This document shows, one piece after another, positions 9,567 to 19,504 of a stretch of DNA of 26,039 bases. The notes below the pieces were generated by a model, which saw only the letters and a list, made by a program, of their open reading frames with translations, made no database searches and was not told the DNA's origin. This DNA is from Candidatus Woesearchaeota archaeon (GTDB lineage Archaea; Nanobdellota; Nanobdellia; Woesearchaeales; GW2011-AR15): positions 1 through 26,039 of the forward strand of contig JAVZBY010000011.1 in the NCBI GenBank assembly GCA_038874655.1. The letters run 5' to 3'. The position numbers and the translations under genes were made by a program. Numbering within the stretch: position 1 is the first letter of the stretch; the number at the start of each line of letters is the position of its first letter.

Positions 9567-10709
9567 CTAAATCTTATCAAATATTCTTTTAAAGAAGTTT
9601 TTACTAGGTTGGGCATTTTCACCAGATTCTTTTGCAAATTGTTCTAGTAATTCTTTTTGTTTTTTTGTTAAATTTTCTGGTGTTTGTATTATAACTCTAA
9701 CTAATTGATCACCTTTACCATATCTGTTTAAGTGCGGAATTCCATAATTTTTTAATCTAAATAGTGTATGTGTTTGTGTTCCTGGCGGGATTTTTAATTT
9801 AGCCTTTCCTTGTAATGTTGGAATTTCTATTGTATCACCTAAAGCAGCTTGGGTAAAGGATATAGGTATTTCAACATAGATGTCATCGCCTTCTCTTTTA
9901 AAGAATTTGTGCTCTTTTTCATGAATTACAACATAAAGATCACCATTAGGATAACCTTTTATGCCTTTATCACCTTCACCTTGAACTCTTAGTCTTGTGC
10001 CGTCTTCTACACCAGCAGGAATATTTATTTTTATTTTTGCTTCTTTTGGAACTCTGCCTTTTCCTTTACATTTTTGGCATGGATTTTTTAATATTTTACC
10101 TTCTCCATTACAATAATTACATGTGGAAGTTGTTTGAAAAATTCCAAAAGGTGTTCTTCTTGTGCTTGTAATTCTGCCAGTGCCTTTACAATAGGTACAA
10201 ACACTTATATCAGACTCATTTTTTGTTCCTTCGCCATTGCATTCATCACAAACTTCCAATCTAGTGATTATGATGGTTTTTTCAACACCTTTTGCAATAT
10301 CAGTAATATCTAAGTTAAGGTCGTATCTTAAATCAGAACCACTATAATCTTTTCTCTTAGTTCTTTGTTTTGAATAATTTCCAAAACCACTGCCAAAAAA
10401 CATATCAAAGATATCGCCAAAATCAAAATCTTCACCAAAGTTTCTGAAATTAGAGAAATCATCAAAACCAGAGAAACCAGAAGCTTTTTTATAGTCTTCA
10501 GCATTTCCAAATTTATCATATTGTGCTCTTTTTTCATCATCACCTAAAACAGAAGCAGCTTCGTTAATCTCTTTAAATTTTTCAGCAGCATCAGGACTTT
10601 TATTTAAATCAGGATGGTAAAGTTTAGCTAGTCTTTTATATGCCTTTTTTATTTCTTCTTTTGTGGCATTTCTAGGCACACCTAATATCTCATAATAGTC
10701 CTTTACCAT
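9567..10709 (-). CDS. dnaJ: Molecular chaperone DnaJ
   Basis: J-domain with HPD, G/F-rich region, four CxxCxGxG zinc-finger repeats, C-terminal IPAGV/IPPGTQ domains. Confidence 0.97.
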   Translation of the reverse strand: MVKDYYEILGVPRNATKEEIKKAYKRLAKLYHPDLNKSPDAAEKFKEINEAASVLGDDEKRAQYDKFGNAEDYKKASGFSGFDDFSNFRNFGEDFDFGDIFDMFFGSGFGNYSKQRTKRKDYSGSDLRYDLNLDITDIAKGVEKTIIITRLEVCDECNGEGTKNESDISVCTYCKGTGRITSTRRTPFGIFQTTSTCNYCNGEGKILKNPCQKCKGKGRVPKEAKIKINIPAGVEDGTRLRVQGEGDKGIKGYPNGDLYVVIHEKEHKFFKREGDDIYVEIPISFTQAALGDTIEIPTLQGKAKLKIPPGTQTHTLFRLKNYGIPHLNRYGKGDQLVRVIIQTPENLTKKQKELLEQFAKESGENAQPSKNFFKRIFDKI

Positions 10710-10796
10710 AATCTAATATTGAAAAATAAGGATTTTTAAAAGATTTTCTAAAATATTTTAAGAATTATCTCATTTTTCAGTGAAATTTTTGAAAGT

Positions 10797-11720
10797 TTAT
10801 ATAGAAAAAATTATTATTCTGCCAGTTAGATAGGTGTAGATTAAAGACAAAAGAAAACTAGGAATAAAAGGTATACCATATTTAACTTTGATTTTATCTA
10901 TTTTTCCCTGTTTTTTTAGTTGTATTAATTTTTGTATTTGTTCTTTTGTTATGCCTAATTCTTTTGGGCCTGTAATATAGATATTATCAACTTTAACATC
11001 TTCAACTATCCAGTCTCCTTCTGTTAATTTTTCTGGTTCTACTTCCTTTATCATAGAAACTTTTTCTACGCTTTTTACAAATATGAATAGATAATTAATT
11101 AAGTATAACAAAATTAGCATTATAGAAAGTAAGTATTTGATTTCAGGATTAATATAATAGAATGCTTCAATTTTTACGAAATTAATTATTAATATAAAAA
11201 TTATAACAATTAATCCTGTCAAATTTCTTATTTTTCTAAATTTTTTATCTTCTAGATTTATTTTTAATTCTTTGATAATAGGTCTATAATTTTTTATACA
11301 CATGAAGATTATCCAAATAAAACCATAGATTGCACCCATGAATAATATATTAACCAAAAATTTAAGATAAAAATCATTTAGTAAGTTTTCTAATGAAAAA
11401 ATAAAATTTTTACTATATAAATTTAAACCAAATAAACTACCTAGACCAAATAAAACTTTAGAATCACCTCCGCCCCATTGGCCAGAATAATATAATAATA
11501 TTCCAAAAATTAGAGAAATTAAAAAACCAAACAAGCTATTAAGGATAAATTGAGAATTATTATAATAAAAGGATAGTATTAAATTAAAAAAAAAACCTAC
11601 AGAAATAAGTGAATAACTTATCCAATCAGGGACTTCTAATGTTCTTATATCAGTATAGGAACCAATTATTAAATATATAAATGCAATTATAATGGTAATT
11701 TCAAAAAATAAGAGAGTCAT
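10797..11720 (-). CDS. A24 family prepilin/prearchaellin peptidase (PibD/FlaK-like)
   Basis: GSYTDIRTLEVPD (first Asp), WGGGDSK (GxGD), multiple TMs, C-terminal LTEGDW and GIPFIPSF. Confidence 0.9.
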   Translation of the reverse strand: MTLLFFEITIIIAFIYLIIGSYTDIRTLEVPDWISYSLISVGFFFNLILSFYYNNSQFILNSLFGFLISLIFGILLYYSGQWGGGDSKVLFGLGSLFGLNLYSKNFIFSLENLLNDFYLKFLVNILFMGAIYGFIWIIFMCIKNYRPIIKELKINLEDKKFRKIRNLTGLIVIIFILIINFVKIEAFYYINPEIKYLLSIMLILLYLINYLFIFVKSVEKVSMIKEVEPEKLTEGDWIVEDVKVDNIYITGPKELGITKEQIQKLIQLKKQGKIDKIKVKYGIPFIPSFLLSLIYTYLTGRIIIFSI

Positions 11721-11794
11721 ATAACTTTATTTTTTTGAGAAGTATATAAAATTTATTATAATCAAAAGGTTAATATTTGGTTTATGTATATTTA

Positions 11795-12034
11795 TTATAA
11801 AATAATTTTTGCTCTATGAAATCTTGATAAAATCATATAAAAGCCGCCTATAAGAGCACCTATTATGCAAATATAAATCAAAATATTTTCAGGTATAAAA
11901 GGAACATAGTTTTTACCAATTTTTTTAAATATTAATAAAAGTGCAGATAAAAAATAAATTACTCCTTGTATTAATTGGAAGGGTAATGTAAAATGCAAAT
12001 TACTATTGTGCATCAACTTATTAAAGGGTATCAT
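11795..12034 (-). CDS. Small hypothetical membrane protein (2 TM)
   Basis: 79-aa ORF with two hydrophobic stretches, co-oriented with the prepilin peptidase. Confidence 0.55.
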   Translation of the reverse strand: MIPFNKLMHNSNLHFTLPFQLIQGVIYFLSALLLIFKKIGKNYVPFIPENILIYICIIGALIGGFYMILSRFHRAKIIL

Positions 12035-12158
12035 ACAAATTTTAATTCTTTTTTAATTTATAATTTTTTTCTTTTTTAATTTATTGTATTATTAATTTTT
12101 AATTAAAAAAATTTTATTAAAAAAAAGTTTTAAATATAAACAAATAATTATTTTAAAG

Positions 12159-13121
12159 ATGGGTTTTTTAAAAAATTCTTATTTTTTTAATAACAAGGCA
12201 GAAAAAAAAAGAGAGATAAAAAGAAAACTATTTTCTAAAAATTTTGAAAATAAAAATAAAGATTTATTGAGGGAATTGCTTAAAATTAGAAATAAGATTT
12301 TAATTATTGGGCCTCATCCAGATGATGTTGAATTTTCTACAGGACGATTGATTTTAAAAAGAAAAGGAAAAAATGTTTTTGTTTTTTGTATGTCAGATGG
12401 AAGAAAAGGCCAAGAAATAGGCAATTATAGTGAAAGTGAATTTGCAAAAATTAGAATAAAAGAATCTCAAAAAGCTCTTAAGTTGATGAATTTAAATTTA
12501 AAGAATGTCCATTATTTTATGTTGCCAGATCAAGAAGTAATGAATAATCCTTTTATTATTGATAAAATGTTTATAGTTATAAAAAATATAAAGCCGGATT
12601 ATGTTTTAATACCACCTTGGGAAGGGGCACATCCAGACCATGACGCAACTCATTTATTTTCTGTTATTTCTTTAAAAAATTTGATGTTTGATTTTAATAA
12701 GATTGTAGAATATGGATCTTACAATTATTATCAAGGAAGAATGAATGTTCAAAAATTTATTCCTAAAAATAGTGTTGAATTTAAATTATATCCTGATAAA
12801 GAATTACAAAAAAAATGGAGTTCTATAATGAAGCTTTTTAAAAGTCAAGTAAGTTTACAAAAAAAGTATGTTCCAAAAAGTTTTTTTGAATGTTATAGAT
12901 TATTGCCGAAATATGATTATTCTAAATTACCTTATGAAAATTCTTATATTTTGAGGGATTTATTAAATCCTATTTATCCACTAGCAAAAAAAATTTTTCC
13001 AAAAAAAACCTTGATGTTTTATGAAACATGGAATAATATAAATCCAATGAATGTTAAAAAAAAGTTGTTTTTTAATAAGAAGCATTATACTAATTTAGTA
13101 AAATCTTTTGATAATAAATAA
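12159..13121 (+). CDS. PIG-L/LmbE family N-acetylglucosaminyl deacetylase
   Basis: GPHPDD, MSDG, and HPDH metal-binding motifs. Confidence 0.88.
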   Translation: MGFLKNSYFFNNKAEKKREIKRKLFSKNFENKNKDLLRELLKIRNKILIIGPHPDDVEFSTGRLILKRKGKNVFVFCMSDGRKGQEIGNYSESEFAKIRIKESQKALKLMNLNLKNVHYFMLPDQEVMNNPFIIDKMFIVIKNIKPDYVLIPPWEGAHPDHDATHLFSVISLKNLMFDFNKIVEYGSYNYYQGRMNVQKFIPKNSVEFKLYPDKELQKKWSSIMKLFKSQVSLQKKYVPKSFFECYRLLPKYDYSKLPYENSYILRDLLNPIYPLAKKIFPKKTLMFYETWNNINPMNVKKKLFFNKKHYTNLVKSFDNK

Positions 13122-13161
13122 TTTTCAAAATTATTGATCTTTATAATTTTATAGGTATAAG

Positions 13162-13776
13162 ATGAAGAAAAATATATATAAAGTTTATTATGATTTAGCT
13201 GTCAAGCCATATCAAAAGAGAAAAAAGATTCTTGATTCAAGTTATTTACAAAAACATAAGATTAATAAAAAATATTTGATGATTTCTTTATTTGCAATTA
13301 TTTTATTTTTGTTAAATAAAAAGTATTTTATTTTTGCTTTTTTAACAATTTTTTCTGCTATTTTTAGTTATTTTCATTCAAAATTTAATAGAAGTCCATT
13401 GGATTTGAAATTGGCACTTTTTTTAGGACTTTTTATCACTAGATATTATGGATTACATATGACATTGATTTTTTTTATTATTAGTGATATTATCCCTTCT
13501 TTGATAGGTGGAGAATCTATTGATGCTGCTACTTTTGCTTTTGTCTCATGGTATTTTATAGTAAATTCTATGGTTTTTTTATTTCCTAACATGAGTCTTA
13601 TTTTATTAGGTCCTATTTTAGTTGTTGTTGAAGCAATTGGTAGTATTTTTATTAATAAGGCTTTTGGAATTCCAGCTTTTATGTCATTTTTTTTGTCTGT
13701 TATGACGATTGTAGTAAGGATTATTTATTTTTTAACTTTAGGAAGGGTTTTAGAAACTTTTTTTTCAGTAATTTGA
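13162..13776 (+). CDS. Multi-pass membrane protein, possibly ECF S-component-like; paralog of 8923..9504
   Basis: About 6 hydrophobic segments; SPLDLKLALFLGLFITRYYGL pattern aligns with the 8923 protein. Confidence 0.6.
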   Translation: MKKNIYKVYYDLAVKPYQKRKKILDSSYLQKHKINKKYLMISLFAIILFLLNKKYFIFAFLTIFSAIFSYFHSKFNRSPLDLKLALFLGLFITRYYGLHMTLIFFIISDIIPSLIGGESIDAATFAFVSWYFIVNSMVFLFPNMSLILLGPILVVVEAIGSIFINKAFGIPAFMSFFLSVMTIVVRIIYFLTLGRVLETFFSVI

Positions 13777-13892
13777 TTTTTTATTTTTGAGAGATTTAAA
13801 TTTTTAATTTAGATAAGAGTAAGTTCTAATAAATTAGTTTTAGTAAAATTTTTTAAATTAGTTTTTTAAATTAGATTATTTTTTAATTTGTC

Positions 13893-14756
13893 ATGGGTTT
13901 TTTTCAGCTGGATAAAGAAAAAAATATTTTTTTAGTAGATTTAGGTGTTTTTTTAGCCAATGACTCAATTTTAATTATATCTGATTTGCAATTAGGTTAT
14001 GAAGAAGCATTGAATAAAAAAGGTTTTTTAATCCCAAGATTTCAAAAAAATGATTTAAAAATAAGATTGTCTTTTCTAATAGATCTGTTAAAACCAAAAT
14101 TAGTTATTTTCAATGGTGATGTTAAACATGAGTTTTCAGGAATTAGTAAATCAGAATGGAGAAATATTAAGGAAATAATAGATTTTGTCAGAGAAAAGTC
14201 AGAGTTAGTTTTAATTAAAGGGAATCATGATAATATGCTTGAACCGATTATTAAGAATAAAGTTGCTTTGTTGGATTATTACTATTTATCTGATTATAAA
14301 ATTTATGTTTGTCATGGACATGAAATTCCAGATAATAAGTTTTTTTTTGAATCAGAGGTAGTCATTATTGGACATGAACATCCAGCATTAGGTTTAAGAG
14401 AAAAAGGTAGAGTTGAAAAGTTTAAGTGTTTTTTAGTTGGGAGATATAAAAATAATGATAATAAAAAAATGCTTAAAGAAAATAACGAAAAGCAATTAAT
14501 AGTGTTGCCATCTTTTAATTCTTTAACAGAAGGAACAGATATTTTACAGGAAAAATTGATGAGTCCTTTTTTAAGAAATGTAGATGATTTTGAGGTTTAT
14601 TTGGTTAATGATTTATTTGATAAATATGATTACAAAGAAAATTATAATAAAAATTCAATTCCTTCTAATGATAAAAAAAATATTAAGATAGATAAACAAA
14701 TTTCAGAAATTTTGTATTTTGGAAAAGTTAAATCACTTATAAATGATTTTTATTAA
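13893..14756 (+). CDS. Calcineurin-like metallophosphoesterase (archaeal MJ0037/SbcD-related type)
   Basis: SDLQLGYE, NGDVKH, KGNHD, HGH, GHEHP, LPSF motifs. Confidence 0.87.
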   Translation: MGFFQLDKEKNIFLVDLGVFLANDSILIISDLQLGYEEALNKKGFLIPRFQKNDLKIRLSFLIDLLKPKLVIFNGDVKHEFSGISKSEWRNIKEIIDFVREKSELVLIKGNHDNMLEPIIKNKVALLDYYYLSDYKIYVCHGHEIPDNKFFFESEVVIIGHEHPALGLREKGRVEKFKCFLVGRYKNNDNKKMLKENNEKQLIVLPSFNSLTEGTDILQEKLMSPFLRNVDDFEVYLVNDLFDKYDYKENYNKNSIPSNDKKNIKIDKQISEILYFGKVKSLINDFY

Positions 14757-15275
14757 ATCTGCTTTTGTAATTATGCCAACTAGTTCGCCTTTTTCTTCAA
14801 CTAAAACTAAGGGAAAATGTTGTAATAAATTAATTATTACACCTTGTGAAGTATTTTCAGGAACAATGGGAGGACTAGATTCCATAATTTCAGATATTTT
14901 TATATTAGGGTTGTTTTTCATAATGGCATTTAGTATTAAAGATTCAGAAATATAACCAACTACTTTTTTGTTTTTTATTACAGGCATTTGGGAAATATTA
15001 TGTTTCTTCATTTTATCAATTGCTTCTTTTAGTGAGTCTGTGGTTTTTATAGAGTAAATTTTTCTGTGCATTATGTCTTTTGCTGTAAGCTCTGTTTCTT
15101 TATTTAGTAAGGTTAAAGTTTCAAATATTTTTTTTGCATAACTATAACTTGGATCTATTTTTCCAGATTCTATTTTTGCAATTAATGATTGTGAAACATT
15201 TGCTTTTTTTGCTAATTCTTGTTGAGTAATTCCTAATTTTTTTCTAATTTTTTTTAATTCTGAAAGTTCTTCCAT
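14733..15275 (-). CDS. XRE-type HTH transcriptional regulator with tandem CBS domains (COG3620-like); start revised to ATG 15275
   Basis: RKKLGITQQELAKKANVSQSLIAKIESGKIDPSY HTH; CBS pair (ISQMPV, VGIITKADL); TTATAAA box 29 nt upstream of ATG 15275. Confidence 0.9.
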   Translation of the reverse strand: MEELSELKKIRKKLGITQQELAKKANVSQSLIAKIESGKIDPSYSYAKKIFETLTLLNKETELTAKDIMHRKIYSIKTTDSLKEAIDKMKKHNISQMPVIKNKKVVGYISESLILNAIMKNNPNIKISEIMESSPPIVPENTSQGVIINLLQHFPLVLVEEKGELVGIITKADLIKIIYK

Positions 15276-15297
15276 ATTTAAAGGAATAATCAAGACA

Positions 15298-15383
15298 TTT
15301 ATAATTTTTTTTGATTTTATTCTATTTAGAATATTTTTTTCATGAATCTTTAAAAGCAATTATTTTTTCTTTTATGTTGGTGA
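15298..15383. promoter_or_regulatory. Divergent promoter region: TATA (- strand, 15298-15304), 7-2-7 palindrome (15318-15333), TATA (+ strand, 15349-15354), SD-like GGTGA (15379-15383)
   Basis: TATTCTA-TT-TAGAATA is visible between two oppositely oriented TATA-like boxes; GGTGA ends 4 nt before the metK ATG. Confidence 0.5.
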
Positions 15384-15387
15384 TATT

Positions 15388-16620
15388 ATGATAAACAAGA
15401 AGGGAAATTTTTTATTTACATCAGAAAGTGTTACAGAAGGACATCCAGATAAGATATGCGATCAAGTATCTGATGCAATAGTAGATGCTATTTTAAAAGA
15501 TGATCCTGATGCAAGAGTTGCTGCAGAATGTTTTACAAAAACAGGCTCTATAATGGTTGGAGGTGAAATAACAACAAAAACTTATGTTGAGATTCAAGAT
15601 ATTGTTAGAGATGTTGTTAAAAAAATAGGCTATACAAAACCAGAATATGGGTTTGAAGCTGATGCTATAGGTGTTTGGGTTAATATTTCTAAACAAAGTC
15701 CAGATATTGCGCAAGGCGTAAATGAAACAAAAGACCATGAACAAGGCGCCGGTGATCAAGGAATGATGTTTGGCTTTGCTACTAATGAAACAAAGGAATT
15801 AATGCCTATGCCTATTATGCTAGCTCATAAATTAGCTTTTAGATTAGCACAAGTGAGAAAAGATAAAATTTTGCCGTATTTAAGACCTGACGGAAAAACC
15901 CAAGTAACAATTGAGTATGTAAATGGACAACCTAAAAGAGTTCATACGGTTGTTATTGCAGCACAACATGATCCAGATGTTGAATTAGATAGAATAAGAA
16001 ATGATATTGTAGCAAATGTTATAAAACCAATATGCGGTAATATGATGGATTCAGATACTAAAATTTATGTAAATGGAACAGGAAAGTTTGTTATTGGTGG
16101 CCCTGTTGCAGATAAAGGTTGCACAGGTAGAAAAATTATTGTAGATACTTATGGAGGTGTTGGCAGACATGGAGGAGGTTGTTTTTCATCAAAGGATCCT
16201 AGCAAAGTGGATAGAAGTGGTGCTTATTTTGCAAGATATATTGCAAAAAATATAGTTGCTGCGGGATTAGCAGATGTTTGTGAAATTCAAGTTGCTTATT
16301 GTATTGGTGTTGCTCAGCCAGTTTCTATTATGATTGAGACATTTGGAACTAATAAAATTCCAGAGGAAAAGATTGAGCAATTAGTTAGAAAGCATTTTGA
16401 TTTTAGACCAAAAAAGATAATTGAAAAGTTGAAATTAAAAAATCCAATATATTTTCCAACAGCAGCTTATGGTCATTTTGGAAGAGAACCTTATAAAGCA
16501 ATTGTTGAGTTTAGAGAAAAGAATAATGGAACAGAAAAGATATATAGAAAAGAGCATGAATTTTTTACATGGGAAAAAACAGATATGGCAGAAAATTTAA
16601 GAAAGGAAGCAGGTTTGTAA
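15388..16620 (+). CDS. metK: S-adenosylmethionine synthetase, bacterial/eukaryotic type
   Basis: [66 protein letters not shown]. Confidence 0.97.
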   Translation: MINKKGNFLFTSESVTEGHPDKICDQVSDAIVDAILKDDPDARVAAECFTKTGSIMVGGEITTKTYVEIQDIVRDVVKKIGYTKPEYGFEADAIGVWVNISKQSPDIAQGVNETKDHEQGAGDQGMMFGFATNETKELMPMPIMLAHKLAFRLAQVRKDKILPYLRPDGKTQVTIEYVNGQPKRVHTVVIAAQHDPDVELDRIRNDIVANVIKPICGNMMDSDTKIYVNGTGKFVIGGPVADKGCTGRKIIVDTYGGVGRHGGGCFSSKDPSKVDRSGAYFARYIAKNIVAAGLADVCEIQVAYCIGVAQPVSIMIETFGTNKIPEEKIEQLVRKHFDFRPKKIIEKLKLKNPIYFPTAAYGHFGREPYKAIVEFREKNNGTEKIYRKEHEFFTWEKTDMAENLRKEAGL

Positions 16621-16688
16621 TAATGTTTGTAATCTTATTTTATTTTTTCATAATATTTTTTAAATATTTATAATAAATTTATTAATTT

Positions 16689-17651
16689 TTATTTTATTAT
16701 TATACTTGCAGCTTTTCTTAATCTGTTCATTAATGCTAAACCAATTCCTTTTTCGTCAGTTGCTTTTATTAAAAGATAATCAATTTTTTTTTCATCACAC
16801 TCTCTAAAAATTTTATAAAGATTTTTTGATAGTACTTCTTTTTTATGTTTTATAATTAAAATTTTTTTGTTTTCTTTTTTTAGTTTTTTGAAAAATTCTT
16901 TTATTCTTTTTTCTTGATTTTTTGAATTTTCAAATAGAATTATTTTAGCATTAGGGCTATAATGTCTGTATTTCATTCCGGGAGATTTTGCTTTAATAGT
17001 TTTTTTATTTTTTAAAACTACAATTGAGGGGATTATTTTTTTTAATTGTTCATAAGTTATTGAGCCAGGTCTTAGTATTTTTACTGGCCATGTTGTTAAA
17101 TCAATTACAGTAGATTCTAAACCATATTTAGTTTGTTTAGATTTTATAATTGCAGATATTTTTCCATTAAAATCATTATAAACATGCTTAAATGTTGTTC
17201 CAGATGGTTTTCCAGATAAATTTGCAGATGGAGCAGCAATTGGCAAATTAGATAATTTTATTAGATTTAATGCAATTTTGTTTTTAGGCATTCTTATAGC
17301 AATTGTGTTTAGGTTTCCAGTTGTTTCATCTGGAATGAAAGATTTTTTTTTAAGAATTAAGGTTAAGGGGCCTGGCCAGAATATTTTTATTAACTTTTTA
17401 ACAATATGAAGTTGATTTTTATTATCAAATACAGCATAATTAAAAATATCTTTTTTTCTAGCAATATGCACTATTAAAGGATTATCACTGGGCCTGCCTT
17501 TTGCTATGAATATTTTTTTTACTGCTTTTTTGTTTAATGCATTTCCACCTAAACCATAAACTGTTTCAGTAGGAAATGCAACTAATTGGCCTTTTTTAAT
17601 TAATTCCGCTGCTTTATTTATCTCTTTACTAGTTAGGATTAATGTTTTCAT
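16689..17651 (-). CDS. sua5: L-threonylcarbamoyladenylate synthase Sua5 (TsaC domain plus SUA5 C-terminal domain)
   Basis: VAFPTETVYGLG, KGRPSDNPLIVH, FWPGPLT, AAPSANLSG, linker SPGMKYRHYSP, C-terminal ALMNRLRKAA. Confidence 0.95.
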   Translation of the reverse strand: MKTLILTSKEINKAAELIKKGQLVAFPTETVYGLGGNALNKKAVKKIFIAKGRPSDNPLIVHIARKKDIFNYAVFDNKNQLHIVKKLIKIFWPGPLTLILKKKSFIPDETTGNLNTIAIRMPKNKIALNLIKLSNLPIAAPSANLSGKPSGTTFKHVYNDFNGKISAIIKSKQTKYGLESTVIDLTTWPVKILRPGSITYEQLKKIIPSIVVLKNKKTIKAKSPGMKYRHYSPNAKIILFENSKNQEKRIKEFFKKLKKENKKILIIKHKKEVLSKNLYKIFRECDEKKIDYLLIKATDEKGIGLALMNRLRKAASIIIK

Positions 17652-17655
17652 TTTA

Positions 17656-18306
17656 TTAAATTTTTAAGTTCCATTCATCATAAAAATTTTTTAAATATTT
17701 TACCATGAAATTATGTCTTTTTTTAGCAATCTCTTTTGCTGTTTTTGTATTTAAATTTTTTTTTATGAGTAAAAGTTTTTCATAAAAGTGATTTATAGTT
17801 GTAGATTGATTTTTTTTATAATCTTTAAAGTTCTTTGGTTTTTTTGGTTTTATATTTGGATCATAGATCTTTCTTTTTTTATATCCTCCATAGGTAAATG
17901 TTCTCGCAATTCCTATTGCACCAATAGCATCTAATCTATCTGCATCTTGTACAATTTGTGCTTCTTTTGTTTCAGGTTTTCTGAATGTTCCTTTGTAAGA
18001 AATTTCTTTTATAATTTTAATTATTCTTTTTATTTCAGATTTATTAAAGTCTAAGTTTTCTAAAAGCTTTATTGTTTTTTCATAGGATTTAGAAAATTTC
18101 CAGTCATCTATATCATGTAATATTGCTGAAATTTCAATATAAAATTTTGATTCTAGGTTTATTTTTTCTCTTTTTGAAATAATTTTTGATAATTTCCAAA
18201 CTCTATATGAATGCCAATAATCATGTCCACTAGTGTCTTTTTCATATTCTTTTTTTATGAATTCAAGACATCTTTGTATTTTTTCTTTTTTTTTTGTGTT
18301 ATCCAT
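17656..18306 (-). CDS. HD-domain phosphohydrolase (YedJ/YpgQ-like)
   Basis: GHDYWHSYRV, LHDIDD, VQDADRLDAIGAIGIAR, NHFYEKLL; ends 4 nt before the sua5 start. Confidence 0.9.
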   Translation of the reverse strand: MDNTKKKEKIQRCLEFIKKEYEKDTSGHDYWHSYRVWKLSKIISKREKINLESKFYIEISAILHDIDDWKFSKSYEKTIKLLENLDFNKSEIKRIIKIIKEISYKGTFRKPETKEAQIVQDADRLDAIGAIGIARTFTYGGYKKRKIYDPNIKPKKPKNFKDYKKNQSTTINHFYEKLLLIKKNLNTKTAKEIAKKRHNFMVKYLKNFYDEWNLKI

Positions 18307-18407
18307 ATTTTTTTATAATTTATTTTTTTGTTTTCTTATTCTATTTTTTAATATTTTATAAATATAGATTAAAAAATTTTATAAACTTTTTTATCTTTTA
18401 TCGAATT

Positions 18408-19001
18408 ATGACTTATGTTTATTTTTTAGTTCTGTTTATTTATTTAGCAACAGGGTTTATTGATAATTTAACTATATCCTTGACTTTAAAGTTTTTGATA
18501 GGTTTTATTTCTTTGTTTTATTTTAGAGAGTATTATAAATTTAAAATGAAGTTTGATTTTTTTGCAATTTTTATTGGTTTGTTAGTTGCATTTGTTTGGA
18601 TATTTGGGTTAAAATTTTATGATTTTTTTAATTTGTCTATTTTAACTAATATGCAGATTAATTTTTCCATGATTGATTTAATATTGAAGTTTATAACTTT
18701 TACAATTTTTACTCCTGTTATAGAAGAATTTTTTATGAGATTTTGGCTTATAAGGTTTATTATAAGTAAAGATTGGAAAAAAGTAGAAATTGGAAAATTT
18801 ACTTTTTCAAGTTTTTTATTTACAACTTTATTTTTTGGTTTTTCTCATACATTGTGGATACAAGGAATAGTTGCAGGAATTTTATTTAATTTAGTTTATT
18901 ATTATAGGAAGAATATTGAATCTTGTATTTTAGCTCATTTCGTTTCAAACTTTTTTCTAGCTGTTGTAGTTTTATTAAATGGTAATATTATCTTATGGTA
19001 A
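18408..19001 (+). CDS. CPBP/CAAX family intramembrane glutamic protease, resembling the exosortase-associated CAAX prenyl protease-related subfamily; start revised to ATG 18408
   Basis: PVIEEFFMR (EExxxR), FFGFSH (FxxxH), ILAHFVSN (HxxxN); TTTATAAA 30 nt upstream of 18408; the longer 18294 start would overlap the HD gene. Confidence 0.85.
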   Translation: MTYVYFLVLFIYLATGFIDNLTISLTLKFLIGFISLFYFREYYKFKMKFDFFAIFIGLLVAFVWIFGLKFYDFFNLSILTNMQINFSMIDLILKFITFTIFTPVIEEFFMRFWLIRFIISKDWKKVEIGKFTFSSFLFTTLFFGFSHTLWIQGIVAGILFNLVYYYRKNIESCILAHFVSNFFLAVVVLLNGNIILW

Positions 19002-19078
19002 GAGTTTTAATTAAAAATTTTTAATTAAATATGAAATTAAAGGAAAGATTTTAAATAGATAGTTATTTCATTTTCATT

Positions 19079-19465
19079 ATGAAATTAAAGCTTTTTTTGT
19101 CTTTGTTTTTATTTATATTAGCACATTATGTTATTTTTTCTGTTGCTTTGTCAGATGTTTCAGGTAGTCCAATTGCCGCAATTACAAGTAATTATTTTAT
19201 GCATTTTTTAACTTTTTTTGGATTGTCTTTTTTATTTAGTTTGATATTGGTTATATCAGAAAAATATATAAAATATCCATTTACGATTTCTTTTTTGTAT
19301 TCTGTTTTTATAGCTGTTTTAGTAGAAATGTTACAAATATCAACTACAAAAACTAGGTTTTTTAGTTATTTGGATATTTTAGCAGGCACGTTAGGAGCAA
19401 GTGTTTATTCTATTTTAGGAATTGTTGCATATAATTTTCATTTATTTGAAAAATATTGGAAATAA
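19079..19465 (+). CDS. VanZ family membrane protein
   Basis: MHFLTFFGL, VEMLQ...TRFFSYLDILAGTLG motifs; 4 TMs. Confidence 0.8.
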   Translation: MKLKLFLSLFLFILAHYVIFSVALSDVSGSPIAAITSNYFMHFLTFFGLSFLFSLILVISEKYIKYPFTISFLYSVFIAVLVEMLQISTTKTRFFSYLDILAGTLGASVYSILGIVAYNFHLFEKYWK

Positions 19466-19504
19466 GTTATATCTAATGAATTAAGTATTTATTATGGCTC
19501 TTTA

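Noticed and set aside
14733-14756. 24-nt convergent overlap of the phosphoesterase and HTH-CBS 3' ends
   Set aside because: Ordinary in compact genomes
10328-15759. Short ORFs 10328..10543, 14743..14955 and 15493..15759
   Set aside because: Alternate-frame or antisense ORFs inside dnaJ, HTH-CBS and metK
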